From Octopus vulgaris (lineage: Eukaryota), in assembly GCA_951406725.2 (NCBI GenBank), contig OX597829.1, positions 29,512,001 through 29,576,000 on the forward strand: 64,000 nucleotides of DNA, written 5' to 3'. Below, in pieces: positions 27,201-41,325 of this stretch. The first letter of the stretch is position 1. Each line of letters starts with the position of its first letter. The translations under genes were made by a program, and so were the position numbers. The notes beneath the pieces were generated by a model. It searched no databases, was not told the DNA's origin, and saw only the letters and a program-made list of their open reading frames with translations.

Positions 27201-28073
27201 TTTTTGTTTTATTATTAAAACCTGTACATTCTAATTTAATTAGCAGGATTGTTATCTTGAGGTTTGGCAGCAAGTCTCTTCAAATTTCAAGAATCATTCT
27301 TAGGATTCTTACAGGATGGTACTTTTCTGCAGATCAACAATGTGAATCTCAATTCGAATAACTCTCATTTTCTTAAGTAGCAGTTAGGGTGGTGTGCCAG
27401 GTGCATCACTTACCACTGGAATAAATGTTGGACCATAGAGATGATTGCATCCAAAATATAGCCTCACTAGGTTAGTCAAAATTCTTTACATTCACCTCTT
27501 TTTGGCTTAGATCAAATTCAGGGTCAACTTTATTTCTATCTGTGTCTCTGGAGTTCACAAATCAAATAAGAAATCCGTGATATTTAGTTGTTTTTGAAGA
27601 TGTTTTTCCTTTTTTTTTACTTGATTTAAATTATTAATATTTTTTCCAGATATCATTCCTTTTCTTAAATCTTAAAGCATTTTACTAACATAGCAATCCT
27701 TTTAATAAATTTCTACATATTTTTTCTAAATTGTTAATTACTTTATTAATTGATTAACCATATTGCTATCTTGTCAATCAATAATTTAACAATATTTTTA
27801 CTAAATTATCAATCAAATTATCTACCATATCAATAATTTTACTAAAATGCACCAAATCATTTACTATCTTAATAGTTTTGTGAAATTATTGATCCTTTCA
27901 CTAAATATATCAATTGTGGATTGATTTACTATATTATCAACAATTCTAGAACTCTTAATGAATTAAAAATAAATATGAGATATAATTAAGAATATCTAGT
28001 AAAGAAAAGTTAATGTGTTCTTTCTTTTAAAGGCATTTAGTTAAGGGAAAGACATTTTCATTCTGCTTCGCCA

Positions 28074-28108
<35 letters not shown>

Positions 28109-28937
28109 CTCTCCTCTCTTTCTCTTCTGAAGTCAGTTTGCTCTACCCTTCTGTTTCTTTCACTCTATCTTTTACTAATTTTATTTACTGTACTCTCTCA
28201 CATTTTCTGTCTGTTTTTAATGAAGTCTACTTGCCTTTCTCCTACCTCCCTCCCTCTCTTTCTATACATATATAATTTTGATGTTTATCAACACTTTTCC
28301 CACTTCCTAATCTCTTTCACTTGCCCTTCTTTCTTCATTTCCATATCTTATAAGACACTTTCTTCTACAGAGTCCGTCCTTAAGGAAAAAAGAGATTGAA
28401 ACTAAAAGACAATAGTTACTCTCTCCCTCCACCAGTATGAATATTATTTGGAAATGTTTCTCATACGTGCAACTAATATCTAATGGTTAATAATATTAAT
28501 AATAATAATAATAATTTTTCTAATCCAGCTCATTTTATTTAGTTCTATCTCAGGAACATGTCAAAGTTTTGATTACAATTTTATTGCACTGCTAGCAAGT
28601 TATACAAGCTATAGTTTTAATAACATTATTTTGCTGAAAATTTTATTTTCTTCCCCCAAAACAAGTGTCCATTTCCTACATGAAACCATGACATTTCAGT
28701 GGCCAATATATTAAAATTACTAATACTTGAAGTTTAAATTATATTCGTGTGTGTGTGTGTGTGTGCACGTACATATGTGTGTGTGTTTGTGTTGAGTTCT
28801 AACATCAGGTTATTAGTATTGTTATGCCAAGGTGAAATCTTAAAATGTGTGTGTATATGTATATAATGTGACCGCGTGTGTATCGTTGGCAATTTTCTTT
28901 CTCCGTCTTCCCTTCTTTGGACCGTTCCTTTTTCTAT

Positions 28938-28972
28938 GTTTCTGACGAAGAGCTCCGTTCGAAACGTTAAAT
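28938..28972 (+). ncRNA. Minimal type I hammerhead ribozyme motif in a Penelope-like repeat (about 28880-29070)
   Basis: GTTT-CTGACGA-A-GAGC(TCC)GTTC-GAAA-CG-TT-AAAT: intact core, 4-bp stem II, palindromic AACGTT stem III. Confidence 0.6.
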
Positions 28973-29139
28973 CCTCCTTTCTTTCCTTTCTTGAGCATCC
29001 AGTAACACTATACTTGTTTCACATCCTCGCGTTGTTGTGATTTTTCCTTGTTCATGTTTAGATTAACTATATATATGTATATATATATGCATGTGTGTAT
29101 ATATATGTATGTATCTTTGCATCTACATAGGTATATACA

Positions 29140-29360
29140 AATGTATATGTGTATGTTTGTACCCCACTACTACTTGATAACCAGTGTCGGTTTGTTTAAG
29201 ACCCCATAACTTAGCAGTTCAGCCAAAGAGGACCAATAGCATAACTACAAGGCTTTACAAAAAAAAAGGTCTGGGGTCAGTTTGTTTGACTAAACTCTTC
29301 AAAGTAGTGCCCCAGCATAGCTGAAGTCCAGTTGCTAAAACAAGTAAGAGATAAAAAGAT
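29140..29360 (+). mobile_element. SINE family A, 3' half
   Basis: CCCCATAACTTAGCAGTTC...CTGGGGTC...GTAGTGCCCCAGCATAGCTG. Confidence 0.7.
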
Positions 29361-29689
29361 ATGTATATGTATTTACTTATATGTATGTGTATGTTATGAG
29401 ACCTCACACGACTTGCTTGTCCAAATCCAGATTTGCTAATTCTATGAGATCTCAAGACATCATTTACTAATTGAAGTAACAGCCTTATTCTATAAAGAAA
29501 TGGCAATCCCCATGTATATGTATTATATGTATATATCTACTATATACATGTCTCTCTTGCTGTATATACACATATATATATATAATGTACATATACAGAT
29601 TGCTTTTCCATATTAAAATATTGCGTAATGAAATCAGTTCATTCTTTTTGAATAATCCCGTGTATACGTATGTGTGTGTATTGGACCAC

Positions 29690-29860
29690 CAAACTCAACC
29701 CTTTTTTAATTCTCTCTATTTCCTCTTATTCCTTTCTGTCGAAGAGCATAGGCTTGAAACGCAAAAGACTTTTCCATTTTTTCCTGAGCATGAAACTAAT
29801 ACACTTGCTTGTTGTTCCTACACCTGTTTTATCTTCATTTTTCTATAAATTTGAACTATA
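29690..29860 (+). mobile_element. Penelope-like pLTR fragment with degenerate hammerhead (homologous to 59130-59340)
   Basis: CTTTCTGTCGAAGAGCATAGGCTTGAAACGCAAAAGACTT...TTCCTGAGC...ACTAATACA. Confidence 0.6.
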
Positions 29861-29913
29861 TGTATGTTTGTATGATGTATGTATGTATGTGTGTATATAT
29901 GTATGTATATGTT

Positions 29914-29955
<42 letters not shown>

Positions 29956-30428
29956 TGTGTGTATGTGTATGTATATATATATATATGTGTATATGTGTAA
30001 ATGTATGTATATATGTATGTATATGTGTAAATGTATGTATATGTGTATATATATGTATGTATGTATGTATGTGTAAATGTATGTATATGTGTATGTATGT
30101 ATGTATGTATAAGTATATATATATATGTGTGTGTATATATATATGTGTGTGTGTATATATATATGTATATGAGTATATATATATATGAATATGTATGTAT
30201 ATATATATATATGTATGTATGTATATGTGTATATAAATATGTATGTGTCTATATATATGTATATGTGTATATATGTGTGTATATATATGTATGTATGTGT
30301 GTGTATATATATATACATGCATATATATATGTATATATAATGTATATATGTATGTGTGTATATGTATATATGTGTGTATGTATATCTATATATATATATG
30401 TGTGTGTGTGTGTATGTATACATATACA
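29860..30428. repeat. Compound TA/TG microsatellite
   Basis: Directly visible. Confidence 0.95.
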
Positions 30429-31309
30429 TTGGGTCATCCTATACATAATGCAGTTTTTTTCAATTGCATGAACTAAAAGTCAGAGGAGGATGGGGAAAAC
30501 TACCTGTATCAACTTGTTATAAAACTAGGTAGTAATTTTAGCTTGTACATATTCTTAGTGGAAGTTTTGAAGAGTGCAGTTCGATCTTAACAGTTACTTT
30601 TTCAAAGCTATAATGGAAGTGACAAAAGAGCATATTCAACATATTTTGCCTTATGAATTCTATAAAGGCAACAACACAATGGAAAGTGTGAGGAATATTA
30701 ATGCAGTATATGAGGATTGGACAATAAGCCAGTATCAATGGTAGTTCCAGAAATCTGAGCCAGAAACTACAGCCTGGAAGACATGCCTCATCCTGGAAGA
30801 TCTGTAGAACTCGAACAAAATCCCATCATAACTGTTGAGGAACTAGCAGAGAAGCTTGGATTTGGTCATTCAACCATTCATCAGCACCTGCTTTCCTTTG
30901 GAAAAGTCAGCAAATTGGGTCAATGGGTTCTGAGTCTAATGCTTGGCCACATACACCGAGGATGACATTCCAAAGCCTGGAGCAGTTTGAATTGGAAATG
31001 ATGCCCCACCCACTATATTTGCTAGACATTGTCCCATCTGATTATCATTTATTCCACAGTCTTCAAAATCATCTGCATGGAAAAAAATAAGAATTCTGTA
31101 GATGAGGTCAGAAGAGTACTGGAGGAGTATTTTTGGTCATGGACAATTGAATTTTGGAAGAGGGGCCTTGTAAGTCTACCAGATAGATGGAAGAGCATTG
31201 TAGAAAATAGAAGTAGAGTGTATTTTGGATTAAAAAATAACTTTGTTTATCTTAATTTTGAAAAATATAGAAAGTATAAAAACACCACATTATTCATGGG
31301 ATGATCCAA
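30429..31309 (+). mobile_element. mariner (DD34D-type) transposon, internally deleted and decayed
   Basis: TIRs TTGGGTCATCC...ATAATG / CATTAT...GGATGATCCAA|TA. Peptides MEVTKEHIQHILPYEF, TVEELAEKLGFGHSTIHQHL..GKVSKLGQWV, PHPLYLLDIVPSDYHLF (YSPDLAPSD motif) and FWKRGLVSLPDRWKSIVE. The first catalytic D region is missing. Confidence 0.9.
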
Positions 31310-32382
31310 TATACATATATATGTATGTATATGTATATATATTATGTATTGAATCTTTATATATTCTTATACCTATCACCACTACCTCTGGAAATATATA
31401 TTAACCCTGTGTATTTATTTTTTATATTCACTTTGAAGATTTTTTTTCCATTAATCCCTCCACAATTTATAGTTGATATATTGGTCATGCAGTTCCATTT
31501 CCTTCTTACAGTTTATAAGCTATAAAACACACACCCAAATTGTTTAAGATCTTTGGATGGTTTTGGTTTTTTTCTCTTGTTGTCTTATTTAATTTGTTTG
31601 TGATTCTCTGTAGAATTCCCTGCTTTTTGAATGCCACTGTCTGAGATTTTAGAATCTTCAATTTTTAAAAAAGTTATTTCCGTTTCTTCCTCTCCTTTTG
31701 TTACTTTTATGACATAATGTACAAGCATAAAAGTTTACTTTTGAAGTTGCAAGGCTTTTGCGTTCATTGCCATTATAAGATATTTCATTGTCACAGAGAG
31801 TGGCTCTGAGTCTTTGTACTCCTAAATCCGTCTCTCTCTTGATACCTGATGTCTCCCCCAAGTCTAGTTCATTTAGAAAGGCTTCAACAGAATACTGCAA
31901 ATTAATTTATTTTACAGTGCTGTAAACATTGTAAATATTTTAAAAAATTGTTCTCAATTAACAGTGTAAAACTTGTCTGGGTAGTTTTTTGCCAAATATT
32001 TTGCATATTCATGGTACCTATTTACAACAAAGGCTAGTTAATCATCAACTTTAAGTATATTAGTATGGACACAGTTAAGTATCAATAGCATAACATAAAC
32101 CAGTTTACTTTAATGAGATTTGTATGTAACTTTTATAACCTAATAGTTTTCATCCTTGGTTACTATCAGGGTACTATGGAATTCATTTCATTCATCAAAT
32201 AATTCTTCCCCACTTTTGTTTACTGCCGTTGATAATGTGTATGTTGAGCAAACAATTATGCATGTATGTTTGTTTATCAAAATGTATGTCAAGATTTTGA
32301 ATTAAAAACTTATTTTAGTGCTGCCTTGGTTATTGTATGTGAGTGTGTGAATGTATTTGTATATAGATATGTGCAATGTGAA

Positions 32383-32620
32383 AGCATGTGGCTGAGTGGT
32401 TATAGTATTAGGTTCATGATCATAACATCATGAGTTTGGATCCTGGACTTGGCAGTTTGTTGTGTCCTCAAGTAAGGCTTGTCATTTCACGTTGTTTCTG
32501 TCAATTCAACTGAAAATGAGTTCCAACCGAGTGCTGGTGCTGTACTCTCTTCCTCTAGCTGTCACAACCATGATATCCCATCAAGTCAGTGGGCTGGGAG
32601 AGCTGAGAGAGAGAGTACCT
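32383..32620 (+). mobile_element. Decayed tRNA-derived SINE
   Basis: GCATGTGGCTGAGTGGTTA (A box) ... GAGTTTGGATCC (B-box-like) ... TTGTGTCCTCAAGTAAG. Confidence 0.55.
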
Positions 32621-33351
32621 GTATCAGCTCATAACTATATAGGTACCTAAAAAACAATTAGCAAAGACATGGTACACATGCCTGGTTGTATGCATTTGTG
32701 AGTAACAGCTATGGTTATATATGTACTTGCAGCTATTGATAGATAACTTATACTAATAAGATAAACTTATACTAATACACCAATAATTTTAAAATATTTA
32801 GTCTTCTTCCAGCATTTTTTTCTTTTTTGAATGATTAAGAAAAATCTGTTATGTCTCAGGACAAGTTCCATGCAAAATTGTGAATTGAATTTAATTAACA
32901 ATGAAAAGAAACAAAATGTTAAGACCAAAGAAAATTTACAATGCAATAAAATTTAGCAACAAGAAAGAATAGAATATAGATATTCAGTTTTCATGCAGCA
33001 AGAATGTTTTGTTTTGAATTTAAAGTTACTTTCATCACTTCAGGTTCACATTTGTTATGTTTAAAGATTTAAGAAAAAAAATTTTTTTAATGTATTTTGT
33101 AATAGCTACTTGTTAAGTTACACTAAGAGACAAAGTTTCAGTTCTAGGAACTTAATCAATAAAATGGAACCTTAAACACACATATAGACACAAAGAGTAT
33201 TTTAGTTTTTAAAGATGCATAACATACAATTTGTATAGGTGTTTGGCAATTTGAAATGTCTAACGTGGACACATATATTCTTGTTATCTTTTGTTTTTCT
33301 AGTAAATGTTGCAAATATTAAAATATTAAAAAAATCTTCTCATTTCATTAA

Positions 33352-33573
33352 CCCTTTTGTTACCAACCCGGCTGAAACTGGCTCTGGCTTTGTAGTACAA
33401 GTGTCTTGTTTTTAAAAGTTCTGAATTAAAATCTTCCACCAAACCTTTAGTCACAATTTATGTTCCTAACACTAGCTTAATTATAACTAAGTTATTTTAA
33501 TAAATACTTTGTTATACTTAAAATAATTGAAAGAAACACAGAGCATCTCAAAATAAATACAGTAACAAAAGGG
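33352..33573. mobile_element. piggyBac-type MITE, intact ends
   Basis: TTAA|CCCTTTTGTTAC ... GTAACAAAAGGG|TTAA: perfect 12-bp TIR with TTAA target duplication. Confidence 0.9.
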
Positions 33574-34698
33574 TTAACAATGTAAAACTTATCTTGGCAG
33601 TTGTTTGCCACATTTTCCATTTTTTACACACCATTAATTCCAAATCTCTCTCTCTCTCTGTATACATAATCATACTTATGGTGTTTCTTTCAGAGTTATA
33701 TGTTGTGTGACTTTTCCCCTTGGAGTTTGTGTTCTTTATTTTTCAAATAAAGCTGAAGTGTGTGTATGGTATGGAATGAAACTTACTTTCAATGTATTAT
33801 AAAACAGTGCTAGCTATGCAGTGGCCACTCAAAGAAAATAGTAATAATAATATTTTTATTGGCCTTCACCCCAAATGTGTATCTATAGTATAGCGAATTA
33901 TTTCAATTCTACTTTTCATTGCAATAATGAGTTTGTTAGAGTGAACCAGTAGTACAATTATAGCAATCAATTATAATTTTACAACACACACACTCACACA
34001 AATATTAATATTCTAGAGTTGCACTTGTTTAACATATACCACATTGATGCATGTTAAGACAAAGACACTTTCATCACAGCAAAGTTATTGCAGCCATTAA
34101 AAAGCACATATATACTCTTATGTTCACTTTTGTTTTGTTATTCTAATGGTGAATATTTTTTTATAATATAAGTCATTACTCCAAAGACAATAGGTTTAAG
34201 GAACACTATAAATTATTTTCTTACACACACTACACATACATAAACATACATAATAGAAGATGGGAAAATATTTATAAGTTTTCACCTGTGGAAATTGAAC
34301 CTCACATCTATCATAAACTGTTTGGCCTTGCTAACCACTACAGCAAAGCAACCCTTACTCTATGCATGTTTGTGTGTCAGTTCATATAGAGCTCAAATAT
34401 TAGTGTTTTTTCCTTCAACAATGAAACAGAAGGTTGATGTAGGGTTTTAAAGTATTGGTTTCCCTACATATTTTATGGATTTCTTTGCTTATATTTTGAT
34501 ATTTAGTATTTATTTAAAAACTACATTTTTCTTCTGCTTTTAAAACAAATATTCATACTCTTCTGAATGTAAGTAAACAAACAAGGCTTCAGGGAAATTG
34601 CTGTAGTTGTGATATGTCAGAAATATAACTCGTCCCTATATCTCTTTTGTTTTTTTTCATCCTTCCTCTAACCTGTCTTCTCCTGGAATCAAAATGCT

Positions 34699-34743
34699 GC
34701 TGTACTGATGATGTCTATTGAGGCAGAAACACGTGCCCTTAGC
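34699..34743 (+). ncRNA. Degenerate type I hammerhead motif
   Basis: CTGATGA-TGTCT(ATTG)AGGCA-GAAA-CACGTG-CC: core and stems II/III present; cleavage U changed to C; stem I poor. Confidence 0.5.
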
Positions 34744-35789
34744 TGTACTCTTGTCTCAGAAAAAATCAGACTCTTCTATTTTTTTGCTTTAATGAATTTT
34801 CAATTCAAAAAAATTTTTCATGTTTGAGATGAGATTATCTCCCTTTCTCATTTGGAGGCAGTCCCTGTTGCCACTAGGCTGTTGTTCACCTTCTTAGAAA
34901 GTGAACATACAAGAATTTTTCTTGTATGTTATTTAATATACCTTTATTAGTCTTTGTTCAAATCCTTAGTACTAGTCACCCTGTACCATTTCCCTTAGCT
35001 TATTTTAATTTTAATTATATATGTATGTATATATTTGTAGATGCATGCATGTATGTATTTTCATGATACATATATATGTTATTGTTTCATCTGTCCTGTC
35101 CAAGCCTGTTAATTATTTTGTAATTTGAACAAATAATTACTTATATGACTTGACTGAATTAATTTTTAATTAAATTTCTATTATCTCTTTGAATTTAGAA
35201 GACAACACAACTCAACAACAAAGTTTCTATATAATTTCTTTTGAAATGGTATATCTGTTAAAGATAAAAAAAAAAAAAAAGATTGTCCAAAAAAAAAAAA
35301 AAATCAATAAATGAAAGGCAGCAAGCACTGATATGTGTCTTATTCTGAACCTACTGTACAGAGTCCTTACCTTTGTAATGGCTATATTACTATAATTACC
35401 TACATTATTCTCAGTACCTCACTAATAACAATATACATATATATATATACATATATATATTATTTTTTTTTAATGGCTTAGCCAAAGAACAAAGGTCAAT
35501 GCCAATGACCTTTTTTTTGCAGACCTCTGGAACTTGTGGGAGGAAGTTATCCTCATGCTTGAGACCTGGCCAAAATGCTTGCAACAGAATGGTCACTGTT
35601 AAATACACCCAAGGGCTAGGTGGTTGTGTTAAACCAGGCGATGGGTTATAACTACACTGCTGTCATTACCTGCTAATGATCACATTACGTTCTAATAACT
35701 ACAATACTGTCATTCTCCTCCTTTCAATGACTACATCATTGTTCTTTTCATGTTTTTCTTTACCTTTCCTTATCCCAATTGATTTAACC

Positions 35790-35812
35790 CTCATCCTAGT
35801 GTGTGTATGTAA

Positions 35813-35875
<63 letters not shown>

Positions 35876-35904
35876 CATATATATATATACATACATATAT
35901 ATAT

Positions 35905-35947
<43 letters not shown>

Positions 35948-35975
35948 CATATATATATACACATACATATATACA
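35790..35975. repeat. (TA)n/TACA microsatellite
   Basis: Directly visible. Confidence 0.95.
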
Positions 35976-36015
35976 GTATGTGCATGGTGTGCGTATGTGT
36001 TCATTACACTTTTAC

Positions 36016-36060
36016 TGACAGTCTGATGAAGATGAAACCAAAGCTTCAAAGTCACTGTCA
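36016..36060 (+). ncRNA. Hammerhead motif with perfect stem I and collapsed stem II
   Basis: TGACAGT-CTGATGA-AGAT-GAAA-C..AAGCTT..G-TC-ACTGTCA. Confidence 0.5.
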
Positions 36061-36294
36061 AACTGTTCCTTGTAAAAGTTTAACATGTATTCTACTAAAA
36101 AGTATTGAGTAATTCTTCAGTTTAATGTTAAGACTGAAACATTCACACACATGCACACACAATATGTATGTATATATGAATGTGTGCTTGTATGTATACT
36201 TTTGTTTGTCTGTATAATGATACATGTGTTGTTTAATTTGGTTGGATTACTGTCAGAAATATGCTGATATATATATAGTGTGTGTGTGTGTATG

Positions 36295-36336
<42 letters not shown>

Positions 36337-39300
36337 GTATTCAAATGTAATTTTGATGTGTTTTGTAATATCATGTAAATATTATGTTGCTAGAACAGTG
36401 TTATGTAAAAAAAAGTCTCAAAAATGAAATCCTTAAAATATTAAAATAATTCAATCATTTATTATTGTGCCTTAATTTGGTTGTTAGTTTTTGGACACAT
36501 ATTCATTTCTGACCTTCACGCCACCCTCATGTCATCCCCACTTCACAGCACCTTCTCGCTTTATTTTCACCAAAATTTCATTTTTAATTAATTGATACCA
36601 GCTTTTTTGACAATAGAATCCATAAAGTTGTCTTGTTTATTGGTTGTATTTGCTTCTTGTGTCTCTGTGTAAAATATAAGTATTTTATAACATTTCTAAT
36701 GATACTGTCTGTGTGTGTGTGTTCATTTGTTTGTGAATACACTTTATGTAACAAAAACAAGATAATCAATTTCCATTCAGCTATCTGAAAAAAAACCCTG
36801 TTAGGGTTAAATATACCATGACATCTTAGTTAAAAGAGATCCATATTAAATAGAATTAAGACAGACAGTTGCTTTTTTTGGTTGTTTCTTATTACTATCT
36901 ATGTGACACGGGTTCTAGCTCTTGAATGACTCAAAGTAATCCTATGTAACTCTAGGCTTTGGATTAATTAGTGAAGAAGATTATAAAATTTCATTTTATT
37001 TATTATCTGTGTGTATGTATGGATGTCGTTGGCTTCAATAAAAATGACATGTCTAAATCTGCCATCCCAAATAATGTGATTTTCTTTTTACTATTAGTTA
37101 TTTTATAATAACTGTTGTAGCCATATATAATTGTCTCTCATCTATGCAGTATATCACACTGCTGATGATGATATTAATGTTGCTTGATTGACTAATTAAT
37201 TGATGATATGATATTATGGTAGAATTGAAGATATAAAATTATGGTAGAATGGAGTACTTTTTCAGTTTTCCCACTGACCATTTAAATGTTAAGAGAGAAA
37301 ATGAGGGAGGTGACATAGGTCAGAGAAGTTAAATGGTACATTTTAATCTTGTCTGCGTCTGTTTAAAGCAACAAAGACAGTCAGTTTTTCTTTGTTGTTA
37401 TGTGTGCCAGACAATGAAAGACTACCACAAGTGGTAAAATGCTATGAAACCCATCCAATCTATGCCAGCATGTAAAACTGAGCATAGAATAATGTTGATA
37501 ACAAAGAGACAAATTGATACCAAATATGGACGATAGATTAATAAAAAAGAACCTGAAAATGAGAATAACGGTGAATGTTTTTATTTGTTTGTAATTTTGT
37601 GCTTGTATGTGTGTGTGTGTCTAAAAGAAATTTTAGTAAAGTTATTGCTAATCATTAAATATCCAAAGTTTCTTTGGTTCAGACCCGGTGATTAACCAAG
37701 ATTTTGAAATTGATGAAGTCTGGATTTGTAAGGTTTAAAGATATGCCTTAATAGAGTGCTGGTCTTCACCTTCACACTATATGGAATATATTTTACTAGT
37801 CTTTACTAGTAGTTTGTTTTGTACTGCTACCTTCACCATCAATGTGTGAAGAGAAGTATTTACATGGCAGCATGAAAGGAAAGCAGAATATTCTCTGCTT
37901 CAAAATCAGCATTCAAATGTGTGTGGGTTTGTTTGCAAAAAATGAAAACAAATTGGTATTGACACGAGTTTCTAATTAGCATTTATTTTTAACAACCTGA
38001 GTCGTTTCGTCTTTCTTTTTGTTTTGGAACGCTATGATTATGTTATTGTATGACCATCCCCAGTAATCAGTGGAACATTAAGTGCTGTACTATTGAACTC
38101 TTTGGCTAAAAGCCTTGTGTCCGACAAGATTTACAGGCTGCTCAATTTATTGCATACATTGCTAATTCCTAACAATTCTTGGAAAAATTTCTAAGTTTAC
38201 AGAAACTCATGAGATTTGTGCTGTGAGGGAGAAATGCTGTTGTGCAGTTGAGAGCAATCTGTTGTTGCAATTAAAAGTCAATCATTTTACCCATGGCAGC
38301 ATTTTTGGTGATTAATTTTCAGTCAGGTATGGCTACCAGTTTGGAATTAAACATTAATCAACACTAATGCACAGTGTGTTGGTAGACCATGATTTTGGTT
38401 ATAATGGTATGCCATATATTTACTTAACTTTCAAACATCAAATATCAATTTAGATAGACTGATATTTAACAATCTTTACAATCTGCTTTATAGCAAAAAC
38501 AAAAAATATATTTCCTTTTTAAGAGCATAATTTACTGTGAGATTAATTGGATGACTAATATGTTGTTTAGTCTATAACATTATTAGCTAAATCCTTGGTT
38601 AAGTTTACCAAATATACATCCTTGATACTTTTGCTTTTTTTTTTGTCAATCTTTAAATTGAAGTATCCTAACTCCATTAAGGCAGAATTTGTATTGCTTG
38701 TCAAATTTAGTTTGCGGCAACCATTTATGAAAATACTGGAGCATTGTATTGTTGGTGATATTGAGTTCTATCATTTGACTATGTAAAAATAACTATACTG
38801 CCAAGCTGATGGCAGACTATTTGCTTTAACACTGTCATGGAAAGTTACAAATAATGTACATGCATTCACATTCTCGGGTCTGAAAGCACTTCTGTAGTGT
38901 TAAAATAGGAAAAGTCATTGGATACAAAATGTATTTCATGAAGTCTTACTGTCTTCAGTTGTAATTTTCTCTATTTAGCTGTTTGGGCAATAATTGGTGT
39001 CCTTCAATTAAAAAAAAAAAAAAGAAAAGAAAAAAAATAGCTTTCAGTAATACTGTCTTGTTACATAAGCCAGTAGTTTCTAGTTAAATGTAAAATATTG
39101 TGCATGTATGCATTCATTCATTTCTGGTGATTCTGCCAGGAAAAATCAGTGTTTCAATTACTTCAATTAATTAATGTGCAGCATTATTAAAAGTTTAGAC
39201 TTAATTAGTTGCTCTACAATTATTACTAGTCTGCTTTATTGTACCAAACTTCCATCTGTTATATATATATAGTGAGGTAGGGTATTCTCATGAAGCAAGA

Positions 39301-39490
39301 ACAACAATCTTGGAACACTATATCAAAAATATTAACATTTGATTTTTTTCAAAATCTGTTTCTTTCAGTATTAAATAATTATTTTTCTTACAATTTTGTT
39401 CTTAATTGTTATAATTATTATTAAGAAATCCATCAATATTCTTGGAAGCCTTGTTTAAACTTCAGGAGTATTTTATTATTATTTTTATTT

Positions 39491-39529
<39 letters not shown>

Positions 39530-39532
<3 letters not shown>

Positions 39533-39760
39533 GGTAAGCTGGCAGAATTGTTAGCTGCATTTCTACCAGCTTTATGTTCTGAGTTCAAATTCCACTGAGG
39601 TTGACTCTATGTTTCATCTCATCCGTTTGGGGTTGATAAAGTAATTACCAGTTAAGGACTGAGGTCGCTGTAATTGACTTGTTCCCCACCAAATTTCAGG
39701 CTTTGTGCCTATAGTAGAAAAAATAGCTATTGTTGTCATTATTATTATTATTATTATTAT
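39530..39760 (+). mobile_element. Family B SINE between ATT tracts
   Basis: GGTAAGCTGGCAGAATTGTTAGC...TTCTGAGTTCAAATTCC...GTGCCTATAGTAGAAA. Confidence 0.8.
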
Positions 39761-39899
39761 CAAAGGAATTTGACTTGATTTTTGTAATTGCTTGTAAGAT
39801 GTAACTATATATATATTATAATATGCATAGTTGTCTACAGGTGGATATATATATATATATATATATTCATTTATATGTTTCAGCCTTGAGGCTGTGGCC

Positions 39900-39963
<64 letters not shown>

Positions 39964-40964
39964 TTGAATTTCCTACCTCTCCTCTTTTATCTTAAATTTT
40001 GTTTGTGATTATATATTATTACATATTTGTGTACATATGTATATAAGCCCTACCATCTTTAGATATTTTTTTCTTGCTCAGAGGGAAAAAACACTAAAGA
40101 TGTTTGTATATATTTCCTTCTTGATTATCAACTTGATTAAAATATGCACTATTTTTTAGCTAATTTTGTTTTTTCCATAGTTTAATGACATTTAATTTGT
40201 AAATGATAACTGCTAACAAGTAGTCTTTAAAAAAAGAAATGAATTCCACTTTTTAATATTTGTTGGATGTTTTTGATTTGTTGTTTAATAGCTAATGGCT
40301 CATAACGGAGTCAATTCATTTCATGTTTTGTAGTTCACAAAAGTTTTTGCTGAAAATCTTATTTTTCTGAAGAACATAAATTTTTCTGCTCTACTCCATC
40401 AAACAATGGTATGCACATTGTCCCATTTTGCTCTAAGTTTATTTTCTGAGAATGACATTTGTTAAGGTTTTTTTTTTCCTTGAATTAAAAATGTCGGTAA
40501 TTTTTTCTTTTTTTTTCTTTTTTTTTCTTCATTTAGAATTTTGATGAAGTCTTAAATATCTTGTTTAAGCCTTAGGTGACTCAGGACTTGAGATGTTGCA
40601 AAGATTTTCTCTTTGCAATTATTGGAGGCCATTTTGGTGATATTTGTGAATTTAACAATTGAAAGAGAGATTTGTATTATATAACCATAGTAAAGAGTGG
40701 CGTTATATGACCTTATTGTCCACTGATTATCAACAGCCACAGACAACATCCCATGTTTTATCCTGAAACAGTTCTGACGAAACTATTAAAGTACCTCTCT
40801 ACCATCATCTACACAGAATGATGAAAGCAAATGTGTAATTCACATTTAGAGAAAGAAACATTTCTGACTCTGTTAATGTTGATCCTTCTTACTTTCACAT
40901 TTAAAACTAAACTTGTTTCACATATATCTATCATTTCTATGTGTTATTTCTTTTTTATTGAATT

Positions 40965-41325
40965 ATTATTTTTTTCACTAAACTATTCACTATTAGTTAT
41001 ACTTAATGAATTATGTCTAATAAGTCACTGACCTATACATTGTTAGTTATTCCAATTTAAGTAAATCTTATTTCATTAAACTACATACTACTAGTTAGTC
41101 CAACGGAATTATGACATCATTTATTTAGTCCTGTTAAAATATTCCTATTTGTTATTCCTAATGAATTATTGATTTAACTAAACTACAAACAACTAGTCAT
41201 TCCAATTGAGTTATTACTTATTTCATTAAATTACATAGTGTTAGTTATTCTTATTAATTTATATTTCACTAAACTATGCACTGTTAATTATTATTTATTT
41301 CACTAATTAAACAGTTATTCCTATC
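40965..41325. repeat. Degenerate minisatellite, unit about 45-55 bp
   Basis: Recurring TTTCA(C/T)TAAACTA...TAGTTATTCC..TGAATTA. Confidence 0.55.

Noticed and set aside
31658-31900. 80-aa minus-strand ORF (YSVEAFLNELDLGETSG...)
   Set aside because: No recognisable family and only weak splice signals; cannot be supported.
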